From positions 1-53,399 of the forward strand of contig JALDAG010000002.1 of NCBI GenBank assembly GCA_022729255.1: a stretch of DNA of 53,399 nucleotides. Direction: 5' to 3'. The stretch is from Candidatus Nanohalarchaeota archaeon (GTDB lineage: Archaea; Nanohalarchaeota; Nanosalinia; Nanosalinales; Nanoanaerosalinaceae). Made by a program: the position numbers and the translations under genes. The notes beneath the pieces are model-generated. The model ran no database searches. It was not told the DNA's origin and saw nothing but the letters and a program-made list of their open reading frames with translations. Shown in pieces: positions 19,124 through 28,632 of this stretch (within the stretch, counting starts at the first letter, position 1; every line of letters begins with the position of its first letter).

Positions 19124-20329
19124 CTACTTGGTTATTCCATATCCGACAAGACGCCATCTAGATCCTATCCTCCTTGATATGGCAACTCTTTCTCCTTTTT
19201 CGACACAAACAGGTCTGTTGAGCGTTACTTTAACATCACTGCCTGCCTGAGTAACAACACCTGATGTCTTCGCTGTTCCAACGTTTAGAAGGAGTGGTTC
19301 TTTCTCTTTGATGTTTTCAACTTTTTCAACGTCTTCTGAACCTACAGCTCTATCTAACAGCGTTACTTTCATCTCTAATTTATTTTTTACATCCGGTAGC
19401 TTGTCTTTTTTACCCAAAATGTTTCCGGCTAAGTTATCTGATTTTGTGAGAGCAGGATCAAGTTCTGTCTCCACTGCTGATAATCCTCCTGGCTTTGCAA
19501 CCTGAATTGATTCTCCTCCACTGATAATATTGGTTATAGTTGTGTTTATAGGCTTCCATTTCTTACCGTCTTTTCTTCCTGGCCTTATCTCTATCTCATC
19601 TCCTTTTTTGAGATGTCCTTTTATCACTGATCCTCCTAAAACACCTCCTTTCAAATTCTTTATGGATGTTTCGGGTTTGTTTATATCAAAGCTTCTGGCA
19701 ACTAACATCTGAGGATCTGCTTCCTCATCCCTTTCTGGTGTGGGTATAGTTTCCTGAATAGCCTCTATGAGCTTGTTTATATTTGTACCGTGCTGTGCTG
19801 ATACCGGGATTATGGGAGCATCTTCTGCTGTGCTTCCCTTTATGAACTGTTTTATCTGCTTGTAGTTCTTTATAGCGTCCTCCTTTGAAACAAGATCTAT
19901 CTTGTTCTGAACTATAACTATATTTTCTACGCCTGCTATGTTCAGGGCTTCGAGGTGTTCTCTTGTCTGAGGTTGAGGACATTTTTCTGCAGCAGATATA
20001 ATTAAAATAGCTCCGTCCATGATGCTTGCTCCAGAAAGGACGTTTGCCATAAGTGTCTCGTGACCTGGTGCATCAACTAAAGAAACTGTTCTCAGCGTAT
20101 CCGTTTCTCCACCGCACTCGCATTCTTCATCTACGGTATATTCATCACAATCCTTGCATCTCCTTAGAACCACATCGGCATAACCTATACGGATTGTGAT
20201 ACCTCTTCTAAGTTCTTCGGAATGTTTATCAGTCCATTTACCTGAAAGAGCTCTTGTTAAAGTGGTTTTTCCGTGATCTACGTGGCCCACAAGCCCTATG
20301 TTTACTTCAGGTAACAGGTTTTTTGACAT
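19124..20329 (-). CDS. eif2g: Translation initiation factor 2 gamma subunit
   Basis: [19 protein letters not shown], zinc knuckle, DAPGHE, QNKID, WRLVGYG. Confidence 0.97.
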   Translation of the reverse strand: MSKNLLPEVNIGLVGHVDHGKTTLTRALSGKWTDKHSEELRRGITIRIGYADVVLRRCKDCDEYTVDEECECGGETDTLRTVSLVDAPGHETLMANVLSGASIMDGAILIISAAEKCPQPQTREHLEALNIAGVENIVIVQNKIDLVSKEDAIKNYKQIKQFIKGSTAEDAPIIPVSAQHGTNINKLIEAIQETIPTPERDEEADPQMLVARSFDINKPETSIKNLKGGVLGGSVIKGHLKKGDEIEIRPGRKDGKKWKPINTTITNIISGGESIQVAKPGGLSAVETELDPALTKSDNLAGNILGKKDKLPDVKNKLEMKVTLLDRAVGSEDVEKVENIKEKEPLLLNVGTAKTSGVVTQAGSDVKVTLNRPVCVEKGERVAISRRIGSRWRLVGYGITK

Positions 20330-20332
20330 GTT

Positions 20333-20734
20333 TTAGCTCTCTTCTTCGGTTTTTTCCGAGTTTTCATCTTCTTTTAAAAGTTCCTCTATATCTTTTGAAC
20401 CCTTCTCAGTAACCTTCGTGTTTAACTGAATTATGTCGTCGGAGACGGTGTTACCTCTCATAGTTTTCCTTCTTTTCTCACCTTTTTCAAGTTTCCTGAC
20501 TCCTGTACCGCCTTCTACAAGCACCTTTCTTCTTGCTGTTCCAAGAAGGTTTTTCCTCATGGGGAAGCCATCCTTGTCGCTTCCTCCGGTGATCTTGAGC
20601 TTGTAACCATCGAGTCCAACAACGCTTCCGTCAAACTCTTGGCCTATCCTCTTTCCATTTACAGCGTTTTTCTGATTTCCATCTATGTCAACAGAATAAG
20701 TTTTTCCGTTCTGAGCTCCTATTATTATCTGCAT
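20333..20734 (-). CDS. rps6e: 30S ribosomal protein S6e
   Basis: LKITGGSDKDGFPMR, RRKTMRGN, IIQLN. Confidence 0.96.
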   Translation of the reverse strand: MQIIIGAQNGKTYSVDIDGNQKNAVNGKRIGQEFDGSVVGLDGYKLKITGGSDKDGFPMRKNLLGTARRKVLVEGGTGVRKLEKGEKRRKTMRGNTVSDDIIQLNTKVTEKGSKDIEELLKEDENSEKTEEES

Positions 20735-20869
20735 ATATTACACCTCTGCTCAGTACTAGAACCTTTCTCGGTTTTTTCCCGGAGCATTCAATTGTTTCCT
20801 TTACAAACTTTTTAAATCATTACTTTTTTCCCGTTGGTTTATTATATGGATTTAACTTATTATTTTGTT

Positions 20870-21724
20870 ATGGCTTTTGTAGGAGAGGTCCTTGACGAGG
20901 CATGGAAAGCACTTATGTCCTTCTTCGAGTTAGGAGGTTTTTCACAGGCCGACCTGATATCGATAGTTATACTTCTTTTGGTTGGAATAATCGGTGGAAA
21001 AGTGATTTCCGAACTGTTGACAAGGCTCATGAAGATGTCGGGTGTAGATGAATTAGCTGTCAAGGTTGACATACAGAAATTTTTGAGGAAGATAGGTTTC
21101 AGCGGCTCTTTTTCGGAGTTTTCCGGCGCCTTATTAAAGTATTTTATATATCTTATAGTCTTTTTAGGTGTTTTTAATATACTGGGCTTCGAAGCTTTCA
21201 TGAGATATCTGCAGGCCATCCTTGGATACATACCAAACATGGTGTTGGCTTTTGCCATATTTTTCGTAGGTTTCGTTGTTTTTTCACATGTTGAAGAGAT
21301 TATAATCGGTTTTTACAGACAGAAAGGTCTTTTAAACATCATAGATGATGTTGAACCTACCACTCCTTCTTATGTGGTCTTGGCAAGATTTATCAGGGTT
21401 TTCGGCGTTTCAGCGGTTCTCATAATAGTGCTAGCTATCTTGGGGGTTGATACAATAATCGTTTACATGATGACTGCGGCTCTGCTTATAGGGTTCGTGA
21501 CGATGTTTATTGTAGGTTTCAGAGACATATTAAGGAATCTAGGTATTTCGATCTATATGCAGCACTCAGGAACTTTTCTAGCAGGTAAAAAGGTTTCTAT
21601 CGATGGAATGGAGGGTAAAATAGTTCATGTTACGCCTCTATACACTAAGATTAAACATGGTGAAGGGTTCGTTTACATCCCTAACTCCGAACTTCTTGGA
21701 AAAGATGTTGAGTACGGGGAGTGA
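20870..21724 (+). CDS. CmpX-like TM-helix/MscS-family membrane protein
   Basis: About 5 TM helices with YIPN, and a C-terminal MscS beta domain (G.KVSIDG.EG.I...IPNS); start uncertain (20834-20870). Confidence 0.75.
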   Translation: MAFVGEVLDEAWKALMSFFELGGFSQADLISIVILLLVGIIGGKVISELLTRLMKMSGVDELAVKVDIQKFLRKIGFSGSFSEFSGALLKYFIYLIVFLGVFNILGFEAFMRYLQAILGYIPNMVLAFAIFFVGFVVFSHVEEIIIGFYRQKGLLNIIDDVEPTTPSYVVLARFIRVFGVSAVLIIVLAILGVDTIIVYMMTAALLIGFVTMFIVGFRDILRNLGISIYMQHSGTFLAGKKVSIDGMEGKIVHVTPLYTKIKHGEGFVYIPNSELLGKDVEYGE

Positions 21725-21730
21725 TCAGTC

Positions 21731-23170
21731 TTGGATAAGGTAGTAGCTTACTACGTTGGACTTTTCCTGAGGATTTTTTCGGGTCTTCTTCTTTTACCCG
21801 TCGCTGTCGGCCTTTTTTTCGGGGAGAGCTTTATCGTGCTTGAGGGATTTATAATAGCATCCTTTGTAGCCATACTTTCCGGAGTATTTCTAATATTTGG
21901 TGAAAATGGTAAACCTGATGCTGTTCAGGGTATGCTTGCTGCTGTTATAGGTTGGATATGTGCTGTGGCGATTGGAAGCATACCTTTCATGCATGTGCTG
22001 GATATGGGTTTTGTGAATGCTTTTTTCGAATCCATGAGCGGGTTTACTACCACGGGCATGTCTCTAATAAGGTCTATGGAGTATGCACCTAAATCTTTAG
22101 TTTTTTGGAGGGCTTTTATACAGTGGATAGGAGGTTTAGGAATACTTACTTTTTTTGTAGCCGTCATAGTAAAAGTTGGTGGAGCGGCAACAGCATTAGC
22201 TACTGCCGAGGCTGATAAGACAGATTCCGGAAAAATCAGGCCTTCGGTGATTAACTCAATAAAATCTATGTGGTATGTATATATAGTTTTTACATTATTA
22301 CAGATATCTTTACTCTATTTAGGAGGTCTTAAACCCTTTGAAGCTCTCAACTATGCTCTTACAACACTTCCTACAGGAGGTTACTCTCATACAATAGGAG
22401 GTATCGCGGGATTTGGATCTGTCTTCGTTAACTCTGTGTTCGTGATTTTCATGTTTATTGGAGGCACAAACTTTCTTCTGCTCTACAGGTTGACAAAAGG
22501 AAATTTAAGTGCTTTTCTGGAAGATTTTGAGTTCAAGCTTTACGTCAAGATAATTCTAGTTGTTTTTACGATAATATCTCTAGACATTTTTATTAATCAA
22601 GGAGGTTCCATAGTTTCAGCTGCTGGAGATTCTATTTTCCACACGGTATCCGTGGCCAGTTCAACAGGGTTTGAACTTAGAAGTATTTCAAGCTTTCCAG
22701 AAGTATCTAAAATGCTACTGATAGGCCTTATGTTTGTTGGAGGATGTCTTGGATCTACTACAGGAGGAGTAAAGATGTACCGTCTTGGGATACTTCTTAA
22801 AATAGTATGGAGGGAGGTCAAGAGCTTTACTCTTCCCAGGTCAGCACTTAACTTTGTATCGGAGGGAGGCGAAAAACTGAAAAATGATGTCGTGTTCAGA
22901 ATAGTAGCCATATTCTTTCTCTGGTTCTCTATAGTATTTATCGGAGGTCTTATAACGGTTATGTTTTCAGGTCTAGGCATTTTAGAATCTATCCAAGGAA
23001 TTTTATCATCAATTTCGTCTATGGGTCCTTTATTGATGTCTCAAGAGACTCTTATAGCTTTACCACCTGGCATCAAATTGTTATGGAGTTTTATCATGCT
23101 TGCAGGAAGGCTGGAACTTTTGCCTATACTTGTTTTTCTCAATGTTGAGATACTTAAGAGGTTTTCATGA
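21731..23170 (+). CDS. trkH: Trk K+ uptake membrane subunit
   Basis: FESMSGFTTTG, QWIGGLG, GSTTGGVK, GRLE. Confidence 0.95.
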   Translation: MDKVVAYYVGLFLRIFSGLLLLPVAVGLFFGESFIVLEGFIIASFVAILSGVFLIFGENGKPDAVQGMLAAVIGWICAVAIGSIPFMHVLDMGFVNAFFESMSGFTTTGMSLIRSMEYAPKSLVFWRAFIQWIGGLGILTFFVAVIVKVGGAATALATAEADKTDSGKIRPSVINSIKSMWYVYIVFTLLQISLLYLGGLKPFEALNYALTTLPTGGYSHTIGGIAGFGSVFVNSVFVIFMFIGGTNFLLLYRLTKGNLSAFLEDFEFKLYVKIILVVFTIISLDIFINQGGSIVSAAGDSIFHTVSVASSTGFELRSISSFPEVSKMLLIGLMFVGGCLGSTTGGVKMYRLGILLKIVWREVKSFTLPRSALNFVSEGGEKLKNDVVFRIVAIFFLWFSIVFIGGLITVMFSGLGILESIQGILSSISSMGPLLMSQETLIALPPGIKLLWSFIMLAGRLELLPILVFLNVEILKRFS

Positions 23171-23215
23171 TTTTCCAAAACTTGTTTAAGTCGCGGCTAT
23201 CAGTAATGATATAGT

Positions 23216-23866
23216 ATGTATGTGATAGTTGCAGGAGTTAACACCATATCGAAAAGACTTATAGAGGATCTTGTGGAAAGTCATGATGTGGTAGTTGTGG
23301 AGGAGGATCAATCGAACGCTGAAAGTATCTACCATACAGGCGCAACAGTTATAAATGGATCTCCTTCTAATCTCTCTGTTTTAGTTGATGCAGGAGTTTC
23401 AAGAGCTGATGTACTTGTATCGACTCTCAGCCAACCCAACAGGAACATGGTGATATCTATGATTGGTAAAAAGTATGGTGTACCTAAAATAGTTGCAAGG
23501 GTCGAAGACAAGAGCTATGTGGATATATATAACATGTTAGAGGTAAATACTGTGGAATACACGGATATCGTGTATTCAGAATTTTTGTCTGTGATAGAAC
23601 ATCCATCAATGAGAAAAATAGCTAATGTTGGTTCGGATAAAGAGATAATAGAAGTTTTTGTCTCAGAAAAATCTGTTTTTGAAAACTTGAGGATAGATGA
23701 AATAAATGAGCTGGGCAGGTTTCCCGGTGAAAAAGCAGATATAGTCTCTATATTGCGTGAGGACGAAGTAATGGAACCAAAGGATACATTAAGGTTGAAA
23801 AAAGGAGATTCAATGATAATAATCGCTGAAAAAGGTGTGAGAAAAGATATCAGCAATATTTTCTAA
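23216..23866 (+). CDS. trkA: Trk K+ uptake regulatory subunit (RCK_N + RCK_C)
   Basis: TrkA architecture adjacent to trkH; the GxGxxG motif is degenerate. Confidence 0.85.
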   Translation: MYVIVAGVNTISKRLIEDLVESHDVVVVEEDQSNAESIYHTGATVINGSPSNLSVLVDAGVSRADVLVSTLSQPNRNMVISMIGKKYGVPKIVARVEDKSYVDIYNMLEVNTVEYTDIVYSEFLSVIEHPSMRKIANVGSDKEIIEVFVSEKSVFENLRIDEINELGRFPGEKADIVSILREDEVMEPKDTLRLKKGDSMIIIAEKGVRKDISNIF

Positions 23867-23870
23867 TTCC

Positions 23871-25649
23871 TCAACCTATCTTCCACCTGGGATTCTTTTT
23901 ATCCTTTATCTCTATTATCTCTTCCAATGCATTTAGTTCGTTTTGGGAGACATGTTCCTCCAAATCTCTGATCATATAGAGATCTTCTTTTTCTATATCT
24001 GTGTAATACGTTTCTCCTTCTTTTACCTGGCGGCCGACTTGTACATCTGTTAGAGATACGGCTACTTCATCGCCTTTTTTTGCTAAGTCAATAGATTCTC
24101 CTCCTTCCTGTACTGCTTTGATGGTGCCTAACGTGTCTCCTTTATGAGTCATGAATTTTGATCCTGGTGATATGGAGCCTTCTACGATTTCAACACCTAC
24201 TACTGCAGGATTCGAAGACCTGAAAACGTGTTCGGGCATTATCCTGAACTTTCCAGGTCTAGAGATTTTCTTCAAGGCGTTCTGAATCTTGTTTTGTTCG
24301 ATTTCGTATCTCCACTCTCTATAATTGTCTATTAACTCGTATATGATCTCTGAAGTGATGGTTTTCAATCCTTCTCTTTTTCGGTAGCTATCGGCGGACT
24401 TTGTCTCCTTCGTGTTGAAACCAAAAACAACTTTAAATTCTTCATCGCAACCTTTAAGCTCTAACAAGTCTTGCTTGGTTATTTTACCGACTTCAGCCTT
24501 TGATATAGGTATTTTTTCCTCCTGGAAAACTTTTGAGACAGCTTCAAGACTTCCAAGCGAATCAGCCTTGACTATAGCTCCTCTTGGAACCGTTTTAATT
24601 ATTATGTTTTCCATCTCCTCTTTTATCTCATTCCTTGCTACTTCGATCTCTTTCTCACTGCTTGCTGTTCTTACGGGTGAACCAGCCATTACATCCTCAA
24701 GTTTCTTGGCAGATATCTTAACACCGGAGGCAGGTGAGACTTCATCAAGTCTTTTGAAACTTTTCTCCCTTCTTATCTCAGTTAGAGGTTTGGTTTTCAG
24801 GAGAGCTTTAACTTTTGTTTCTATTATCCCGTTTTTACCTCCTAGCAGCAGGATATCGTTTCTTTTAATTGTTCCATCATAATGTATCACGTCGATGGTG
24901 GTTCCCATGCCCTTGACCTCATTCACTTCAAGCACAGTCCCCTTTCCTATCCCTTCTTTGATTGCTAAGTTGTCCGCCAAAAACTTTTGAGAAAGTCCTG
25001 ATATAAGCATCAAAAGTTCCGGTACTCCTTCACCGGTCTCTGCTGAGATAGGAACCACACCAATTTTTTTCTGAAAGTTGTCGACCCTGTCGAATCTTTC
25101 ACAGACTATATCATAATCATTTAAATCTCCCATGATCTTGTATATCTCTGTGTCCAACATCTCCCTAAGTTTTTTTGACTGTCTCTTGAAGTTCTGGGTC
25201 CAGCAAACCTTCTCGGTCTTCCAACCCGGAAGCCTGTCTATCTTGTTCAGGGCGATGATGAAAGGAGTCTTTGAATCTTTCAGTATTTCTATGGCCTCTC
25301 TTGTCTGGGGTTGAACACCGTCTTCTATGTCTATCACTAAAACAGCTATGTCTGATAGACTTCCTCCTCTTTTTCTAAGTGAGGTGAAAGCTGCGTGGCC
25401 AGGCGTATCAATCAATAGAAGTCCTGGTATTGTTAATTCTGTATCCATGCTTTCCAGAACGTCACCGCAGATGTTTTTTATCTTTTCTATCGGTACTTCT
25501 GTAGCCCCGATCATCTGAGTTATTGAACCCGCTTCTTTCTCAACTATTATAGAACCTCTTATATAATCAAGTAATGTGGTCTTACCGCTGTTGACATGTC
25601 CTAAAACCGATATTATTGGTTGTCTTATCTTTTGTTTTTTTTCGGCCAT
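23871..25649 (-). CDS. infB: Translation initiation factor aIF5B (IF-2)
   Basis: IRQPI, ITQMIGAT, DTPGH..F..LRKRGG, NKID, LGSLEA, VFRSSNPAVVG. Confidence 0.96.
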   Translation of the reverse strand: MAEKKQKIRQPIISVLGHVNSGKTTLLDYIRGSIIVEKEAGSITQMIGATEVPIEKIKNICGDVLESMDTELTIPGLLLIDTPGHAAFTSLRKRGGSLSDIAVLVIDIEDGVQPQTREAIEILKDSKTPFIIALNKIDRLPGWKTEKVCWTQNFKRQSKKLREMLDTEIYKIMGDLNDYDIVCERFDRVDNFQKKIGVVPISAETGEGVPELLMLISGLSQKFLADNLAIKEGIGKGTVLEVNEVKGMGTTIDVIHYDGTIKRNDILLLGGKNGIIETKVKALLKTKPLTEIRREKSFKRLDEVSPASGVKISAKKLEDVMAGSPVRTASSEKEIEVARNEIKEEMENIIIKTVPRGAIVKADSLGSLEAVSKVFQEEKIPISKAEVGKITKQDLLELKGCDEEFKVVFGFNTKETKSADSYRKREGLKTITSEIIYELIDNYREWRYEIEQNKIQNALKKISRPGKFRIMPEHVFRSSNPAVVGVEIVEGSISPGSKFMTHKGDTLGTIKAVQEGGESIDLAKKGDEVAVSLTDVQVGRQVKEGETYYTDIEKEDLYMIRDLEEHVSQNELNALEEIIEIKDKKNPRWKIG

Positions 25650-25982
25650 CCTTCCACCTCTCCTAAAAAGTTTTATTTAAAAAACTTAAAAGTCTTAACA
25701 GTTTTTTTCCTTCTACATCGATAAAAAAGAAACTAATTTGATGTTGAGAAAGCGGAGAAACAAAGTTTCGAAAAGGTTTGTATGGAGGAAAGGTTTTTCC
25801 CTTTCCCCCTGTCAAACTTTTAGTTTGATTATGGACTGTAGAGGTTTTTCTTTTTTTCACCTCTTCGGACCTCTTTTAGCCGTGTTTTTCAGCTTGTAAC
25901 AAGGACCGGAGGTTTTTCGACCGTCTTCTTCACAAGAGGCCTAACTCCTCAGGTAAAGATTGGACGGGCTACTGTTTATTCA

Positions 25983-26066
25983 CTAAAAATTAATATATGG
26001 TTTGTGTCTTTTTCCACCTATTTGTCCATATTTTAAGACAGTTTTCAAGGTTTTTTTGGGTGTCAT
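25983..26066 (-). CDS. Possible 27-aa basic micropeptide (MTPKKTLKTVLKYGQIGGKRHKPYINF)
   Basis: GAGGTG Shine-Dalgarno 7 nt before the ATG; no family recognised. Confidence 0.25.
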   Translation of the reverse strand: MTPKKTLKTVLKYGQIGGKRHKPYINF

Positions 26067-26293
26067 CTTTCAACACCTCTAATTCCAAAATGACATCTAT
26101 AATTTATAAGTGTATTGTTTTTACTGTTAAGGATTAAAATTTGTTAACCTTTTTTGTTTTGTTTTTAACTTTTCTCACGCATTCATAGTTTGCCTGGTAT
26201 GTCATCAAGGGTTGATTGATAGCTGTTTTGTTTTAAAATCCTGACTGATTAAACATAATAAAGTTGAGATTAATAACTGAATTCTAGTGGCAA

Positions 26294-26366
26294 GGCGGGG
26301 TAGTGTAGTGGACTATCATTGCACGCTGGGGGCGTGTAGACCCGGGTTCAAATCCCGGCCCGGCCA
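26294..26366 (+). tRNA. tRNA-Pro(GGG)
   Basis: GCACG-CTGGGGG-CGTGT anticodon arm, CCGGG-TTCAAAT-CCCGG T arm; G4:G69 mismatch in the acceptor stem. Confidence 0.9.
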
Positions 26367-26379
26367 ATCGGTTTCTCTA

Positions 26380-27126
26380 TCAGAAAAATTCGAGTCCTCT
26401 CTGAACGGGTTTTTGAACAACCTTTCCAGAAGTCATAACCATTGAAATTCTTTCAGTAGAAACTATTTGACCTTTTACAGATTTTATTGTTCCTGAGAGC
26501 CTGCCTTTACGTCTTATATTGGTACTTATCTTTTCAGGGTAAATTGTTTTATCTCTTAGATCCACGATTTTTTCGTTATAACCGTTTTTATCCAATACAT
26601 CCTCCAAAATATTTCCTTCAGATTCTTCAACTTTTTTATCTTTCCTTATGCTTTGACTTATACCCTTGGTTTCAGTTATCGATTTTTCCTTTTTCAATGC
26701 TTCTTCAGAGCTTAAATCCGAATGTATCTCAGCACCGAAATCAGCTCCCTGTTCTATCCATCTTCTCTCCAGTTTTTCGCTCCTGGTAACCCCGACCTTC
26801 ACCGACCGACCTGCCTGGACGAGGTATACTGAAAACCTTTTTTCGGTGTCAAGACCGTTCATGCCTCTGACGTAACCTGTGTATATATCTTTTTTCTTAC
26901 AGCTAAAACATTGATTACCTTTTTCTATATCTCTATAAGCAGGACATGGATTTCTGGAGCCTATGTCATTATAATAGCCTGTGCATTTTCTTTTGTTTGT
27001 CACTTCAAACTTTATACTATCGCCTGATCTTAGTTCTTTTCTGGTGAAACCCGTCTCATCTACTAAAAGCAGGTCTGCCATCCACTTTTTATCTTTCTTC
27101 CATTCGACTTTAACTATAGAAGACAT
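26380..27126 (-). CDS. DUF2797-family protein
   Basis: C.G..CP..QC..C, VYL...KVGVT....RW.EQGA, KGQ motifs. Confidence 0.8.
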   Translation of the reverse strand: MSSIVKVEWKKDKKWMADLLLVDETGFTRKELRSGDSIKFEVTNKRKCTGYYNDIGSRNPCPAYRDIEKGNQCFSCKKKDIYTGYVRGMNGLDTEKRFSVYLVQAGRSVKVGVTRSEKLERRWIEQGADFGAEIHSDLSSEEALKKEKSITETKGISQSIRKDKKVEESEGNILEDVLDKNGYNEKIVDLRDKTIYPEKISTNIRRKGRLSGTIKSVKGQIVSTERISMVMTSGKVVQKPVQRGLEFF

Positions 27127-27182
27127 TTCTAAGAATTTTTTTCCTAAGAATAAAAAAATTGAATAGAGGAAGGTTTTTTTTA

Positions 27183-27380
27183 TTAAACCTTCTTGTACTG
27201 AGAAATTGCTTCGACCTGGTCTTCAGTGGTCAAGAATACTGTTCTGCAACAGTAATTTTTGACACCTAGTTCGTCAAGTACTTCTCCAGCATCCTCACCG
27301 TTTTCTGTTCTTTCTTCGAACTCTTCCCACTTATCTCCGATGACTCTTCCACATGAAAAACATCTTACTGGTATGATCAT
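27183..27380 (-). CDS. rpoN: RNA polymerase subunit N (Rpo10)
   Basis: MIIPVRCFSCG..YCCR. Confidence 0.97.
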   Translation of the reverse strand: MIIPVRCFSCGRVIGDKWEEFEERTENGEDAGEVLDELGVKNYCCRTVFLTTEDQVEAISQYKKV

Positions 27381-27391
27381 AATTTAAACCT

Positions 27392-27793
27392 CTAACGGTA
27401 AGATTTCTGCTGTTTATGCCTTGCTCCTTTACTGGACTGGCTCGGCTTTCTTGTTTCGGTTCTCCTGTAATCTTCAACTAGAAGATGTCTGTCGTACTCC
27501 AGGTATTTATCCTTCAACTTCTTATCGTCGGAATGCTCCACAAGAGCCCTTGCAATAGCCATTCTAACGGCTTCAGCTTGACTCTGAATGCCGCCACCCC
27601 TTACATTGACATCTATGTCAACTTCTTCTGCCAAATCACCGGCTATTTTAATAGGTTCCTGAATTCTTAGTTTGGTGGTTCTTGTCCAGGAACTCAAAGG
27701 CTTTTTGTTGATTCGAAGCCTTCCAGAACCTCCTTCTTTTAGTGTTGCCCTGGCTTTGGCGGTCTTTCTTTTTCCGTTTGAATTTATTACCAT
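27392..27793 (-). CDS. rps9: 30S ribosomal protein S9
   Basis: GKRKTAKARA, GGGIQSQAEA, QKSYR. Confidence 0.97.
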   Translation of the reverse strand: MVINSNGKRKTAKARATLKEGGSGRLRINKKPLSSWTRTTKLRIQEPIKIAGDLAEEVDIDVNVRGGGIQSQAEAVRMAIARALVEHSDDKKLKDKYLEYDRHLLVEDYRRTETRKPSQSSKGARHKQQKSYR

Positions 27794-27795
27794 GA

Positions 27796-28191
27796 TTATG
27801 CACCTAATTGATCTGATATTTCTTTGATGGTTATGAAGTTTGAACCCCTTAGATCCTCTTCTAGGGCTTCTTGAAATACCTTTGCATCGCCTTCAGGTTC
27901 TTTAGCATATGTTTTGACATTTTTTAGCATATTTCTTCCCTTCTTGTTATTTGGAAGCATGCCTTTTATAGTCCTTTTAACTATCTTTCTTGGATTCTTT
28001 GGGAAGTAAGGTCCGTGATCTCGGCTGCCTCTGTTGTACTTCTGCCTGTAAGTCTCAACGGTCTGCTTTGGACTTCCTTTAACGATGACCTTTTCCGCAT
28101 TAAATATATGCACTTCTTTTCCTTTCTTTAGTTCTTCTACTGTTGATGTTGCGAGTCTCCCTAAAACGTGGTTCTTTCCATCTATATCCAT
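27796..28191 (-). CDS. rpl13: 50S ribosomal protein L13
   Basis: LGRLA, NAEK, GPYFPK.P..IVKRTIKGMLP; GGAGGAG SD before the ATG at 28191. Confidence 0.94.
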   Translation of the reverse strand: MDIDGKNHVLGRLATSTVEELKKGKEVHIFNAEKVIVKGSPKQTVETYRQKYNRGSRDHGPYFPKNPRKIVKRTIKGMLPNNKKGRNMLKNVKTYAKEPEGDAKVFQEALEEDLRGSNFITIKEISDQLGA

Positions 28192-28205
28192 TTTAATACT
28201 CCTCC

Positions 28206-28565
28206 TCACTTCATTATTTTTACTTGGTTTCCTTCAGGGTTTTTCTCGACAAGATCTTCTATAAACATAGTCTCTCCGACCTCATCTATAGATTCTTTGG
28301 CTTTCTTGCTGAACTGAAAAGCCGCTACTTCAACTTTTTTGTCCAACCTACCTGATCCCAGTACCTTCCCTGGTACAAGCAAAGTATCTCCTTCTTCAGC
28401 ATATCTCTGTAATTTAGATATATTTACTTCAACCCTGTTTTTATCCGTTTTCTTTAATTCTTCAGCTGCCTTTGTGTACACTCTGGCTCCTTCTTTTCTT
28501 CCTGCCTTTTCTAACTTGACAATCTCTTTTCTTAGTACGGGGTTTGATTTTTTCATAACATTCAC
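28206..28565 (-). CDS. rpl18e: 50S ribosomal protein L18e
   Basis: KSNP, EVNISK, VPGKVLGSG, VAAFQFS. Confidence 0.95.
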   Translation of the reverse strand: MNVMKKSNPVLRKEIVKLEKAGRKEGARVYTKAAEELKKTDKNRVEVNISKLQRYAEEGDTLLVPGKVLGSGRLDKKVEVAAFQFSKKAKESIDEVGETMFIEDLVEKNPEGNQVKIMK

Positions 28566-28632
28566 CTTTTCTAAAATAATCTTTTTTAAAGTATTTGGTC
28601 TTTCTGTTTTCTAACTTAAATGGTAGTATTAT

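Noticed and set aside
25663..25860. 65-aa ORF upstream of aIF5B
   Set aside because: Low-complexity translation of A/T tracts with a GTG start and no family signal
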